The notes under the pieces were generated by a model. The model had not been told where the DNA came from and searched no databases. It saw nothing but the letters and a program-made list of their open reading frames with translations. From contig CAWJKZ010000024.1 in assembly GCA_963843575.1 (NCBI GenBank), forward strand, positions 96,001-160,000: DNA of 64,000 nt, given 5' to 3'. The stretch comes from an uncultured Acidobacteriota bacterium. GTDB lineage: Bacteria; Acidobacteriota; UBA6911. The translations under genes and the position numbers were made by a program. Below, piece by piece: positions 8,667 to 18,419 of this stretch (positions are counted from its first letter, which is position 1; every line of letters starts with the position of its first letter).

Positions 8667-9926
8667 TCAGCGCAGGCTTTCGAGCAGGGCCGCCGACCGG
8701 CGGACCAGGATGTCCGCGGCAGCGGAACCGAAGCCGCTGCGCTCAACCTCGTAGCCCCCTTCCGGGTAGCGGTGCCCCGGGGGAAGATAGCCGGCCCACC
8801 CGTTGCAGATCGTGAGGACGAAGGTGTCCGGGTAAGGCGATGCGGCTTTGATGGCCAGCCCAACCTCGACGAGGGCCTCGCAGTCGAGGCCGACGAAAGC
8901 GACCTCGCCAATCCTGGCCGCGATGACCTCGACCGGTTTTGTCAGGTTGCCGGTCTTGGCCGGCAACCTGACTCGCGCGCGTGCCGAGCGGATCTCCCCT
9001 ACGGCTTTCACATTTATTCGGGCGCTCAACACCGCTCGGACCACCGCCGCGCCGAGGAGGTTCCCCTGGCGCACCGGTTCGCCGTCCAGTCCCGGGCCGT
9101 CGCCGAACCCGGCGACGACCGACGCGGGATCGATGTCGCCGGACGCGCCGGCGAATCCCCCGCTGACATGTCCCTGGCCGATCCGGCCTTCGGCGAACTG
9201 CTCCCCGATGCCGAAGATGTCGCCGCTCACCAGCGTGTTGGTGCTGCGCAGGGAGCGCGCATGGCAGGCGTAGGTGAACAGTGAGCCGGCAATCGGGCCG
9301 CTGCCGGTCACGATGGCGAGCGCCAGCACCTCGGGATCCGCCGGCCCCAGGGGATTCGGGGCCATCTCGACCCGGCCGTCGGGCATCGTCTTGCGGCGGT
9401 TGACGCCGACCGGCGAGCTGCTCCGGCCGACCGCGATCCGCGCAGGGGTCAGTGCCTTCAACGCGTGGCCCACCGCCTCGACGAGCCTGTCGCGCACGAC
9501 GGCGGTGTACGCGAAGTTGTTCGGGTGGGGGTAACTCCGGCTCAGCGAGAGCTGGGGACCGCTATGCGTGTGGACGGCGCACAGGAACAGCTCGTCCGGC
9601 CGGAGGCCAAATCGTACCTGGATCGCCTTCTGAAAGTAGGGCGCCGACATGAAATTGGCGAGGTCGCACGAGACCAGGACAATTCGCTTTCCTCCACACT
9701 CGAAGGCGAAGGCGCGGACATACAGGCGGTCGTGCACCCCGGTCGAGATCCGGTGGTCCGGATTCAGGTAGCCTTCGAGGGCGACGGGCTGGTCGGGCGT
9801 AATATCGACCTTGGCGGACCCCGCCCTCAGGCCGGCCGGTCCGGCAACGCCCTCCGGGGCCCGCGACGGCGCCAGGGCCGGCAGCAACAGCAGAGAGATG
9901 AAAATAGACACCCGCGGACGATTCAT
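8667..9926 (-). CDS. Neutral/alkaline ceramidase-like exported hydrolase
   Basis: Signal peptide, KVDITP, HDRLYVR, HTHSGP, YACH, GYLP...EGGYE. Confidence 0.7.
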   Translation of the reverse strand: MNRPRVSIFISLLLLPALAPSRAPEGVAGPAGLRAGSAKVDITPDQPVALEGYLNPDHRISTGVHDRLYVRAFAFECGGKRIVLVSCDLANFMSAPYFQKAIQVRFGLRPDELFLCAVHTHSGPQLSLSRSYPHPNNFAYTAVVRDRLVEAVGHALKALTPARIAVGRSSSPVGVNRRKTMPDGRVEMAPNPLGPADPEVLALAIVTGSGPIAGSLFTYACHARSLRSTNTLVSGDIFGIGEQFAEGRIGQGHVSGGFAGASGDIDPASVVAGFGDGPGLDGEPVRQGNLLGAAVVRAVLSARINVKAVGEIRSARARVRLPAKTGNLTKPVEVIAARIGEVAFVGLDCEALVEVGLAIKAASPYPDTFVLTICNGWAGYLPPGHRYPEGGYEVERSGFGSAAADILVRRSAALLESLR

Positions 9927-10057
9927 CGCGCAACCCGGAATTCGGATGGTATTCGGGCAGGATTCTACACCGGCCCGAGACCGGGCGCGCCCGCCGGGCA
10001 CGTTTTGTTTCGTTCGTGAAATCGGTGGCTGAAGTTGTTAGAATCACCCGCCCTTGC

Positions 10058-11875
10058 ATGACTACGAATCGACCGCACAACTACGACGAGGACAAGATCA
10101 AGTCTCTCTCGTCCCTGGAGCACATCCGCAAGCGCACCGGCATGTACATCGGACGCGTTGGGGACGGCTCCGACTACGATGACGGCATCTACATCCTGCT
10201 GAAGGAGGTAGTCGACAACGCGGTCGACGAATTCATCATGGGCTACGGCGACCGGGTGATTGTCACCGTGGATGAGCAGGGCGTCACGGTCCGGGACTAC
10301 GGGCGCGGCATCCCGCTGGGCAAGGTGGTCGAGTGCGTCTCCCGGATCAACACGGGCGCCAAGTACAGCGACGAAGTGTTCCAATTCAGTGTCGGGTTGA
10401 ACGGGATCGGTACGAAGGCCGTCAACGCGCTCTCGCAGCGCTTCACGGTGCGCAGCTTCCGTGACGGCGCCTTCGCCGGAGCGGTCTTCGAACGCGGCAG
10501 GCTGCGGCGGGAAGAGAAAGGCAGGTCGGCGGACGAACGGGACGGCACCCTGGTCAGTTTCGTCCCGGACCCCGAGATTTTTGGCCCCGTCGCCTTCACG
10601 GCGGACCACGTCGTGCGCCGGCTGCGGCTCTACTCGTTCCTGAACGCCGGCCTGCGCATCGAGTACAACGGGCGGGTGTTCGTTTCCCGCGACGGCCTGC
10701 TCGACCTGCTGCGCGACGAGGTGGGCGACGAGGCGCTCTACGCGCCGCTGCACCACAAATCCCGGACCATCGAGCTCGTCCTCACCCACACGCAGCGCTT
10801 CGACGAAACCTTCCTCTCTTTCGTCAACGGCCAGTACACGAGGGACGGCGGGGTGCATCTGAGCGCGTTTCGGGAGGGGCTCGTCAAGGGCTTCAACGAG
10901 TACTCGAAGGGGAGGTTCGAAGGGGACGACATTCGCGAAGGGATGGCCGGCGCCATTGCCGTCCGGCTGAAAGAGCCGGTCTTCGAATCCCAGACCAAGA
11001 GCAAGCTGGGCAACACGGAGCTGCGCGGCGAGCTGGTGGCGCAGGTCCGCGAGATCGTCGCCGACCTGTTGCACCGCAACCCGAAGGCTGCCGAGAAGGC
11101 TCTCGCCAAGATCGAAGAGACCGTGAAGCTGCGCAAGGAGCTCCAGTCCATCAAAAAGATGGCGCGCGAGCGGGCCCGGGCCACTTCCATCCGGGTGCCG
11201 CAGTTCAAGGATTGCAGGGTCCATTTCGACAAGCGCACCGGGCGCGGCGCCGAGTCGATGATCTTCATCACCGAGGGGCAGTCCGCCGCCGGCTCCATCG
11301 TCAGCTGCCGCGACGTCAATACCCAGGCGATCTTCACCATGCGCGGCAAGCCGCTGAACGTCTGCGATCTGCAGCGCGACGTGATGTACAAGAACGAGGA
11401 ACTCTACAACCTGATGCGCAGCCTCGATGTCGAAGACTCCGCCGAACGCCTGCGCTACAACCGGGTGATCCTGGCCACCGACGCCGACGTCGACGGCCTG
11501 CACATCCGCAACCTCCTGCTCACGTTCTTCCTGCGGTTTTTCGAGCCCGTCGTTCACGAAGGGCACGTCCACATCCTCGAGACGCCGCTCTTCCGGGTGC
11601 GCAACGCTAAAAAGACGGAGTACTGCTATTCCGAAACCGAACGGGACGCCGTCGTCAGGGAGCTGCGCGGGGCCGAGGTGACGCGCTTCAAGGGCCTGGG
11701 GGAGATCTCGCCGGGGGAATTCCGCTATTTCATCGGCCCCGCGATGCGCCTGACTCCCGTGCGGCTCGCCAACCGCCACGGCGTACCCGCCCTGCTCGGT
11801 TTCTACATGGGACGCAACACGCCCGAACGCCGCCAGTACATCCTGGACCACCTAGTCGTGGACGCCGAGCCATGA
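10058..11875 (+). CDS. parE: Type IIA topoisomerase subunit B (ParE-like)
   Basis: EHIRKRTGMYIG, EVVDNAVDE, DYGRGIP GHKL motifs; TOPRIM EGQSA, RGKPLN, DADVDG; RFKGLGE. Confidence 0.85.
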   Translation: MTTNRPHNYDEDKIKSLSSLEHIRKRTGMYIGRVGDGSDYDDGIYILLKEVVDNAVDEFIMGYGDRVIVTVDEQGVTVRDYGRGIPLGKVVECVSRINTGAKYSDEVFQFSVGLNGIGTKAVNALSQRFTVRSFRDGAFAGAVFERGRLRREEKGRSADERDGTLVSFVPDPEIFGPVAFTADHVVRRLRLYSFLNAGLRIEYNGRVFVSRDGLLDLLRDEVGDEALYAPLHHKSRTIELVLTHTQRFDETFLSFVNGQYTRDGGVHLSAFREGLVKGFNEYSKGRFEGDDIREGMAGAIAVRLKEPVFESQTKSKLGNTELRGELVAQVREIVADLLHRNPKAAEKALAKIEETVKLRKELQSIKKMARERARATSIRVPQFKDCRVHFDKRTGRGAESMIFITEGQSAAGSIVSCRDVNTQAIFTMRGKPLNVCDLQRDVMYKNEELYNLMRSLDVEDSAERLRYNRVILATDADVDGLHIRNLLLTFFLRFFEPVVHEGHVHILETPLFRVRNAKKTEYCYSETERDAVVRELRGAEVTRFKGLGEISPGEFRYFIGPAMRLTPVRLANRHGVPALLGFYMGRNTPERRQYILDHLVVDAEP

Positions 11876-13914
11876 GCGACCACCAGAAGGAACTCCCACT
11901 GTTTGGCGACCAACCGCCCGCGGACGCCGCCGCGGCTTCCGATGCCCCCGACGATCCGCACGCCGCGGCCGAGGGACCTCTCCGGCGCCTCATGGACCGC
12001 AACTTCCTCCAGTACGCGTCCTACGTGATCCGCGACCGCGCCATCCCGCACCTGGACGACGGACTCAAACCGGTGCAGCGCCGGATCCTGTTCTCGCTGC
12101 TCCGGAACGACGACGGCAAGTTCATCAAGGTGGCCAACGTCGTCGGCTACTGCATGCAGTTCCACCCGCACGGCGACGCGTCGATCACGGAGGCGCTCGT
12201 GGTCCTGGCCAACCGGCAGTACCTGATCGAACGCCAGGGAAACTTCGGCAACCTCCTCACCGGGGATCCGCCGGCCGCCGCGCGCTACATCGAGTGCCGC
12301 CTCACCGAGCTCGGCCGGTCGGAGCTGTTCAACGAAGACCTCACGGAGTTCGTTCCCTCCTACGACGGCCGCAGGAAAGAACCCGTCACGCTCCCCGCAA
12401 AGCTCCCCCTACTACTCATGCTCGGCGCGGAGGGGATCGCCGTCGGCATCTCAACCCGGATCCTGCCTCACAATTTCGGCGAACTGCTCGAGGCGCAGAT
12501 AGCGATACTGCAGAAGAAGCCCTTCCAGGTGCTTCCCGATTTCCCGCAGGGGGGCCTGATGGACGCCCGGGCGTACGACGAAGGGCGGGGGCACGTGCTC
12601 GTGCGGGCGCACATCGCGCGCAAGGACCCCCACACGCTCGTGATCTGCGAACTCCCGTTCGGGGCCACCACCGATTCGCTCATGGCCTCGGTCGAGGACG
12701 CCGCGCGCAGGGGGAAGATCAGAATCAAGAGCATCAACGACTTCACCGCCGAACAGGCGGAGATCGAAATCCAGCTCCCCCCCGAGCAGGACCCGGACCA
12801 CGCCGTCGAGGCGCTCTACGCCTTCACGCAGTGCCAGACCCAGATTGCCAGCCGCATCGTCGTGATCCGCGACAGCAAGCCCGTGGAAATGGACGTTCCC
12901 CGGATTCTGCGCCACAACACCAGCCGCCTCGTCGAGTTGCTGCGCCGTGAGCTGATGCGCAAGCGCAGGCGCCTGTCGGAAGAGATCCATCACCAGTCGC
13001 TGGTCCGGCTCTTCGTCGAGAACAGAGTCTATCAGCAGATCGAAAACTGCGATTCGCCCGCCGCGGTGCTTCAGGCGGTGCTGGACGGCCTTCTCCCCTA
13101 CCGCGACCAGTTGCAGCGCGACGTCACCCGCGAGGACGCCGAGAGGCTCCTCTCCATCGCCATTCGCAGGATCTCACTCGTGGATCTCGACAAGAGCCGC
13201 AGGGAGGTCGAACGCCTCAAGGGCGAGATGGCGGAAGTGGAGCAGGACCTCGCCGCACTGGTTCCGTTCGCAATCAGTTATCTGCGCGGGCTGCTGCGGA
13301 AGTACGCCGAGCAGTACCCGCGACGGACCCGGCTGGCGGAATTCGGCGAGATCTCCGAGCGGGAGTTGACCGCCACCGAGCTCGTGATCGGATATGACCG
13401 CGACAAGGGCTACATCGGTCACAAGGTCGGGGGTGCCGCGCTGCTGTCGTGCTCCCCGCTGGACAGGCTCCTGCTGGTCTGGAACGACGGACGCTGCAAG
13501 GTGACGCCCCCGCCCGAGAAGCTGTTTGTCGACACGTCTCTGATCTACTGTGCCGTCGTGGACCGCGAGCGTGTCCTGACCATCGTGTTCGAGTGGGAGT
13601 TCTTCACCTACATCAAGAAGATCGCCGCCGGCGGCCTAGTCACCAACCGCGAATACCGCCTGGCCCCCAAAGGCGCCACGGTCCGGTTCCTCGCCGACGA
13701 CAACCCGCCCGTGCTCTACGTGCGCTATGCCACCGACACCCGCAGCAGAATCCGCCAGCAGGAATTCGCCGTGCGACGGCTGCCCGTGCGCGACCGCGAG
13801 GCCAAGGGATTCGTCATGACGTCGAAGCGCGTGGAGTACATCGGCCCGGCCAGAGCGGCCGACTGGGACGAATCTCTGACCGGCCCCCCGGGCCGCTTCA
13901 GCGACCTAGCCTGA
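11872..13914 (+). CDS. parC: Type IIA topoisomerase subunit A (ParC-like)
   Basis: DGLKPVQRR, HPHGD, catalytic AARY; ATGA overlap with upstream gene; short C-terminal domain. Confidence 0.85.
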   Translation: MSDHQKELPLFGDQPPADAAAASDAPDDPHAAAEGPLRRLMDRNFLQYASYVIRDRAIPHLDDGLKPVQRRILFSLLRNDDGKFIKVANVVGYCMQFHPHGDASITEALVVLANRQYLIERQGNFGNLLTGDPPAAARYIECRLTELGRSELFNEDLTEFVPSYDGRRKEPVTLPAKLPLLLMLGAEGIAVGISTRILPHNFGELLEAQIAILQKKPFQVLPDFPQGGLMDARAYDEGRGHVLVRAHIARKDPHTLVICELPFGATTDSLMASVEDAARRGKIRIKSINDFTAEQAEIEIQLPPEQDPDHAVEALYAFTQCQTQIASRIVVIRDSKPVEMDVPRILRHNTSRLVELLRRELMRKRRRLSEEIHHQSLVRLFVENRVYQQIENCDSPAAVLQAVLDGLLPYRDQLQRDVTREDAERLLSIAIRRISLVDLDKSRREVERLKGEMAEVEQDLAALVPFAISYLRGLLRKYAEQYPRRTRLAEFGEISERELTATELVIGYDRDKGYIGHKVGGAALLSCSPLDRLLLVWNDGRCKVTPPPEKLFVDTSLIYCAVVDRERVLTIVFEWEFFTYIKKIAAGGLVTNREYRLAPKGATVRFLADDNPPVLYVRYATDTRSRIRQQEFAVRRLPVRDREAKGFVMTSKRVEYIGPARAADWDESLTGPPGRFSDLA

Positions 13915-13915
13915 A

Positions 13916-13942
13916 GTGGGCCGCGTCGGCCCGACGCGGCCC
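13916..13942 (+). repeat. GTGG-type REP-like hairpin
   Basis: GTGGGCCGCGTCGGCCCGACGCGGCCC; related copies at 15001-15027, 25793-25818, 41882-41908. Confidence 0.7.
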
Positions 13943-13998
13943 CGAATCCAGCCGGCCTGATGCATAGGGCTGTGGGGGCGGGGTCGAGCCGAGCCGCC

Positions 13999-14733
13999 CT
14001 ACTCGAAGACCCCGTTGAGCATCTCGTAGCTCGAATGCACCGCGTTGACGGCGTCTTCGATCTTCTTCCTGTCGGATTGCCCTGCCAACACGCTGCCCAG
14101 GTCGTCGACCGCTTTCGAAAGGCGGCCGCGAGCGGAGGTGAACGTCGCTTCCCTGGCCTTGTGCCGTTCCGGGAGCTGCGCCATGTTCAGGGCGGCTATC
14201 TTGTTTTTCAGCTCGATGGCAGACGAGTTGATCTTCTCCCGGTCGAAGGCGGGGAGATAATGGTGGTAAAGCATGTAGAGGCTCGCATGAAAGTCGTCCA
14301 GCTCCTTCAGGGCGGGTCGGGTGACGCGCACCAGGGCTTCGAACTGGCTGTGGAGCTTTTCCGCGGCCGAGAGCAGCCCGGCATCGTCGTTTCCGCCCGC
14401 GGCGGTCTTGTACTCGGCCCCGATCGCTTCAAGCTTCTTCACGCTTTCTGACCAGGCTTTCTGTTTTTCGTGCAGGATCCCGGGCAGCGCCGCGGATGAG
14501 ACTCCGGAGATGCCCTGTTCCACCTCGGGCTGAAGCTTGCGCAGGAGGGCCACATCCTTCTTGGGCCACGCATCATGCCAGATTTCCCGGATGACCTCAT
14601 GGAACGACTCCAGCGCCGGCACGCTCGCAGTCGCTTCCGGAGGGCGCTCCGTCGCCCGACCCTGGGCGAATGCGACGGCGCCGCTCCAACAGGCAACAAG
14701 ACTCAGAACCGCAACGCGCAACACTCGATTCAT
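13999..14733 (-). CDS. Secreted helical protein with two internal His-containing repeats, function unknown
   Basis: Signal peptide ending AFA; repeats FHEVIREIWH...LHSQFEAL and FHASLYMLYH...VHSSYEML; GGAGG SD. Confidence 0.75.
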   Translation of the reverse strand: MNRVLRVAVLSLVACWSGAVAFAQGRATERPPEATASVPALESFHEVIREIWHDAWPKKDVALLRKLQPEVEQGISGVSSAALPGILHEKQKAWSESVKKLEAIGAEYKTAAGGNDDAGLLSAAEKLHSQFEALVRVTRPALKELDDFHASLYMLYHHYLPAFDREKINSSAIELKNKIAALNMAQLPERHKAREATFTSARGRLSKAVDDLGSVLAGQSDRKKIEDAVNAVHSSYEMLNGVFE

Positions 14734-14750
14734 CGGCGCCTCCTGGCTGA

Positions 14751-14910
14751 CTAAGTACTGATGTTCACAAATACGCCAACGTCTTTTTCAGGACGCGGAT
14801 GCGCGCGGATCCCCACAGATCGGCCTGGCGACAGGCGGCGGTCGATCCGCGTGAATCCGTTGGATCCGCGTTAAAAATACGTCAGCGTAGTCATGAGACT
14901 GGGTACTAAG
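14751..14910. mobile_element. MITE-like element family A, most complete copy
   Basis: CTAAG at both ends; 38-bp imperfect terminal inverted repeats (26/38 identical by manual alignment); internal CGGAT/ATCCG palindrome; no ORF. Confidence 0.65.
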
Positions 14911-15000
14911 GTTCAGCAGTATTTTACAGTGACCTCGCCGCTGCGGAAGAGCAATTTAGGAGGGGACGTGGGCGGCCCGGCCCCGCTCCGGCAGACCCTC

Positions 15001-15027
15001 GGACCGCGTCGGGTCGACGCGGCCCAC
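15001..15027 (-). repeat. GTGG-type REP-like hairpin
   Basis: Minus strand GTGGGCCGCGTCGACCCGACGCGGTCC. Confidence 0.7.
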
Positions 15028-15029
15028 GG

Positions 15030-15476
15030 TCAGATGCGGCAGAGCACGTCGGCGGCGTGTGTTTTCGGGGCGACGCGTGCGAAGGCCTCGCGGATGAGGC
15101 CGTCTTTCCCGATCAGGTAGGTGACGCGGTCGACGATCTTGAAGACGAGCAGGTTTGTCACGTCGACATCGAACAGGCGGCAGAGCTCGAGGCCGGGATC
15201 GACCAGGAGGTCGAACGGCAGTTTTTCTTTTGCGCGGAACCTGCGGTGTGACGCGGCCGAATCAACGCTGACGCCGAAGATCGCCGTCTCCTTGTCGGCG
15301 AACTCGGCGTGGAGGTCGCGGAACCCGCGCGCTTCTGCGGTTCAGCCGGGGGTCGAATCCTTCGGGAAAAAATAGAGCACGACGTTCTTGCGGCCGATGA
15401 AATCGTCGAGCCGAACCTGCTCCCCATCCTGGTTTTGCGCGGTGAAGCGCGGTGCCTGGCTTCCCGGCTCGAGCAT
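15030..15476 (-). CDS. bcp: BCP/PrxQ peroxiredoxin, probable selenoprotein (in-frame UGA at codon 45)
   Basis: [44 protein letters not shown](TGA)TAEARGFRD...[14 protein letters not shown]...LPFDLLVD...[11 protein letters not shown]...HAADVLCRI; 148 aa, frame continuous across the TGA at 15344-15342. Confidence 0.88.
15317..15329 (-). promoter_or_regulatory. Candidate bacterial SECIS hairpin
   Basis: CGCGG-GUU-CCGCG with G-first apical loop starting 17 nt after the UGA. Confidence 0.6.
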
Positions 15477-15640
15477 TTCGGGCCCTCCCGGCTGCAACGG
15501 TACCACCGTCTCCGGGCTTATGCTACCATGCGGACTTCATTGGAGTCTGCTTCGCGCTGGCGTCGGTCGCCGCCTCTTCGCGGCGTCGCGGGCGCGCCCG
15601 GTTGACGGAGCGACCCGCACCCACCAGGGAGGTGACCCTA

Positions 15641-16927
15641 ATGTCGACCAATGCCGAAGCGATGGAAACGAAGGGCGCCGGCTCGACCGCCATCAAACCG
15701 TTTGCCCCGAAGTTCATGAAGATCGGAGTGCTGACCGCCGCGCTGCAGGAGCTCACACCGCGCGAGGTCCGCGACCCGGACCCCGATCGCGCGGTCGAGG
15801 AATGGCTGGAATACGCGCACCGCCTCGGTGCCGATTACATCGAGCTCTCCGCCGCACTGCATCCGACCGAAACGGATGTCCCGGCGGAGGCTCTGCTCGA
15901 CCCGGTGGCCAACACCCTCGACCTGCGCAGCCCGGTCGATGCGGCGCGGGCCAACCGCATCCTGGCTGCCATGAGGGCGCAAAACATCGGGCTTTCCGAC
16001 ATCGCGTATTTCGACAACATGCTCCACGAGGATCCCGCCATCCGCAGGAAGAAACACGATTTCATGCTCCGGGTGATGGATGCCGCCGCGATGCTCGGGG
16101 TCAACGCGGTCTGCGGCTTCGTCGGCAGGAACCAGGCGCTGGACATGGACCAGAATCTCGACGATTTCCGGGATCACTTTGTCCCGCTGCTCAAGGCGGC
16201 CAAGGCGCGCGGCCTGGTCTACCGCGTCGAACAGTGTCCCATGCCGGGGTGGACCACGGGTGACCACTTCCACAACAACATCGGCTACACCCCGGGTTTG
16301 TGGATCGCGCTTCACCAGATTGCGGAAAAGGCAGGGGTGGGCGACAACTTCCGGATTCACTACGACCCTTCCCACGCCATACTCATGGGACAGGACACGC
16401 GCTCCATCTTCCAGTACCTCAAGGACAGCGGCTATCCATTCCTCGTCGGCGGGTTCCACGTCAAGGGGCAGGTAATCAGCTCGCGGGGCGTCTCAGCCTG
16501 GGGCTACGGAGGGCAGACCGTGCTGCGCGGCGACCGCAAGGACGGCCGGCCGGCGGCGAACCCGGCGGACCAGGCCAGGGCGTGGTTGAAGCAGGTCGTA
16601 CTCTGTGAACACGAGCTCCCCGGCACCGCGCGCCACGACCCTCTCGCCTACCTGCAGAACCGGACGGTGGACTGGCTCGACCATCAACTGGCGGCGCGCG
16701 AACTGCTCGACCTCGAGGTCGCCGACACCCACCTGGTGGTGGAACACGAGTACCCGCCCGCCAGGATCCAGGACAAGGAACGATTGCTGCCCGTGCTGAA
16801 GGGATCGATCGCGTTCGTGCGTGCCATCGATCAGGCCGCCGGGTGCATGCACGCCCTGCAGCACGAGGTGCTCGCGGCACAGCATATCCCGGTCCAGGGG
16901 ATCGGCCGGGAAGCGTACCGCAGCTGA
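15641..16927 (+). CDS. Sugar phosphate isomerase/epimerase (xylose isomerase-like TIM barrel)
   Basis: GGAGG SD; YIELSA, EQCPMPG, YDPSH, FHVKG, VEHE metal-binding pattern. Confidence 0.75.
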   Translation: MSTNAEAMETKGAGSTAIKPFAPKFMKIGVLTAALQELTPREVRDPDPDRAVEEWLEYAHRLGADYIELSAALHPTETDVPAEALLDPVANTLDLRSPVDAARANRILAAMRAQNIGLSDIAYFDNMLHEDPAIRRKKHDFMLRVMDAAAMLGVNAVCGFVGRNQALDMDQNLDDFRDHFVPLLKAAKARGLVYRVEQCPMPGWTTGDHFHNNIGYTPGLWIALHQIAEKAGVGDNFRIHYDPSHAILMGQDTRSIFQYLKDSGYPFLVGGFHVKGQVISSRGVSAWGYGGQTVLRGDRKDGRPAANPADQARAWLKQVVLCEHELPGTARHDPLAYLQNRTVDWLDHQLAARELLDLEVADTHLVVEHEYPPARIQDKERLLPVLKGSIAFVRAIDQAAGCMHALQHEVLAAQHIPVQGIGREAYRS

Positions 16928-17012
16928 GCGACCGCTGGCCCGGGTTGCGAGGCCCCGCCCCGCGACCCGGGCAGACGATTCAACCCACTCTCCCCAAACG
17001 GAAAGTCATACA

Positions 17013-18392
17013 ATGTTTGAGCAGAAGAGAATCTGGCCTCTCGGACTTCTCATCGCCGCAGCCGTGGTGTTGGCGGCCTTCCTCGCCGCCGGGTTCCTCA
17101 GGGTCGGCGCAGCCCCGGACATCAATCTCAAGCCCGCCGTGCAGGCGATCGGCAAGCGCACGCCGGTTCAGATCGAGGTGGCCGAGCACAGCCGCGGTCT
17201 GTCGCACGTCAAGGTGGAATTCGTGCAGGGGGACAGGATGCAGGGCCTGGTAGACAAGTCTTACCCCGTCCCGCCCGTGTGGAAGCCCTGGGGGGCCAAG
17301 ACCGAACGGGACGTCATGACCGTGGAGGTCGGGAGAGACACCCTCACCGGTTTGAGGGCAGGTACGGCCGTGATTCGGGTCACGGCGGCCCGGGTGGGCA
17401 CATGGCTCCGCAGTCCGGAGCCGGTCGTGCGGGAGTTGACCCTGCCGGTGCGCCTTGCCCCTCCTCCGGTCCAGCTCCTGTCAACCCAGACCTATGTCGC
17501 ACAGGGTGGATCCGAGGTTGTCGTCTACCGGGTGGGCGAAGCGAGCGTGCGCGACGGGGTGCAGTCCGGCCAATGGTGGTTCCCCGGCTTCCCACTGCCC
17601 GGCGGCGGCAAACAGGACCGATTCGCGCTGTTTGCCGTCCCCTACGACCTGCCCGAGCCCAAGGTGCGCCTCATCGCAGACGACGGCGCCGGGAACCTGG
17701 CGGAGGTCAGCTTCGTCGACAAGTTCTTCCCGAAAAAGTTCAGGGCGGACCGGATCGAGCTCTCGGACGCCTTCCTGGCCAAGGTAGTCCCGGAGATCCT
17801 CTCCCAGTCTCCCGAGATCCAGGACCAGGGCAAACCGCTCGAAAATTACCTCGAGATCAACCGCACGCTGCGTATGAAGGACGCGGAGATGATCCGGGAT
17901 ATGGCAGCAAGGTCGCAACCGTCCTTTCTCTGGACGAAGCCCTTCTACAGCGTGCCCAACGGCAAGGTCATGGCCGGCTTTGCCGACCGGCGCACCTATT
18001 TCTACCAGGGTAAGGAAGTCGACCGGCAGGACCATCTGGGCTTCGACCTGGCCGTGACGGCGCACGCCCCCGTGCCCGCCGCCAATCGAGGCATCGTTGT
18101 GCAAGCCAAGTTCTTCGGCATCTACGGCAACTGTATCGTACTTGACCACGGCTACGGGCTGATGAGCCTTTACGGGCACCTCGCCAGCATCGCCGTCAAA
18201 GAAGGGCAGAAGGTCGAACGGGGCGACGTCCTCGGCACCACCGGCCAGACGGGCCTCGCCGGCGGCGATCACCTCCACTTCACGACGCTGTTGCAGGGCC
18301 TCCCCGTCAACCCGGTCGAGTGGTGGGACTCGCACTGGATCCAGGACCGCGTCGCCAAGAAGCTCGGGCCCGCCTTCAAGTTCGAACCGTAA
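17013..18392 (+). CDS. M23 family metallopeptidase, membrane-anchored
   Basis: N-terminal TM; HLGFD, YGN...DHG..SLYGHL, HLH motifs. Confidence 0.85.
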   Translation: MFEQKRIWPLGLLIAAAVVLAAFLAAGFLRVGAAPDINLKPAVQAIGKRTPVQIEVAEHSRGLSHVKVEFVQGDRMQGLVDKSYPVPPVWKPWGAKTERDVMTVEVGRDTLTGLRAGTAVIRVTAARVGTWLRSPEPVVRELTLPVRLAPPPVQLLSTQTYVAQGGSEVVVYRVGEASVRDGVQSGQWWFPGFPLPGGGKQDRFALFAVPYDLPEPKVRLIADDGAGNLAEVSFVDKFFPKKFRADRIELSDAFLAKVVPEILSQSPEIQDQGKPLENYLEINRTLRMKDAEMIRDMAARSQPSFLWTKPFYSVPNGKVMAGFADRRTYFYQGKEVDRQDHLGFDLAVTAHAPVPAANRGIVVQAKFFGIYGNCIVLDHGYGLMSLYGHLASIAVKEGQKVERGDVLGTTGQTGLAGGDHLHFTTLLQGLPVNPVEWWDSHWIQDRVAKKLGPAFKFEP

Positions 18393-18419
18393 GCGGCTCA
18401 CGACCACGCGGCTCGGTGT

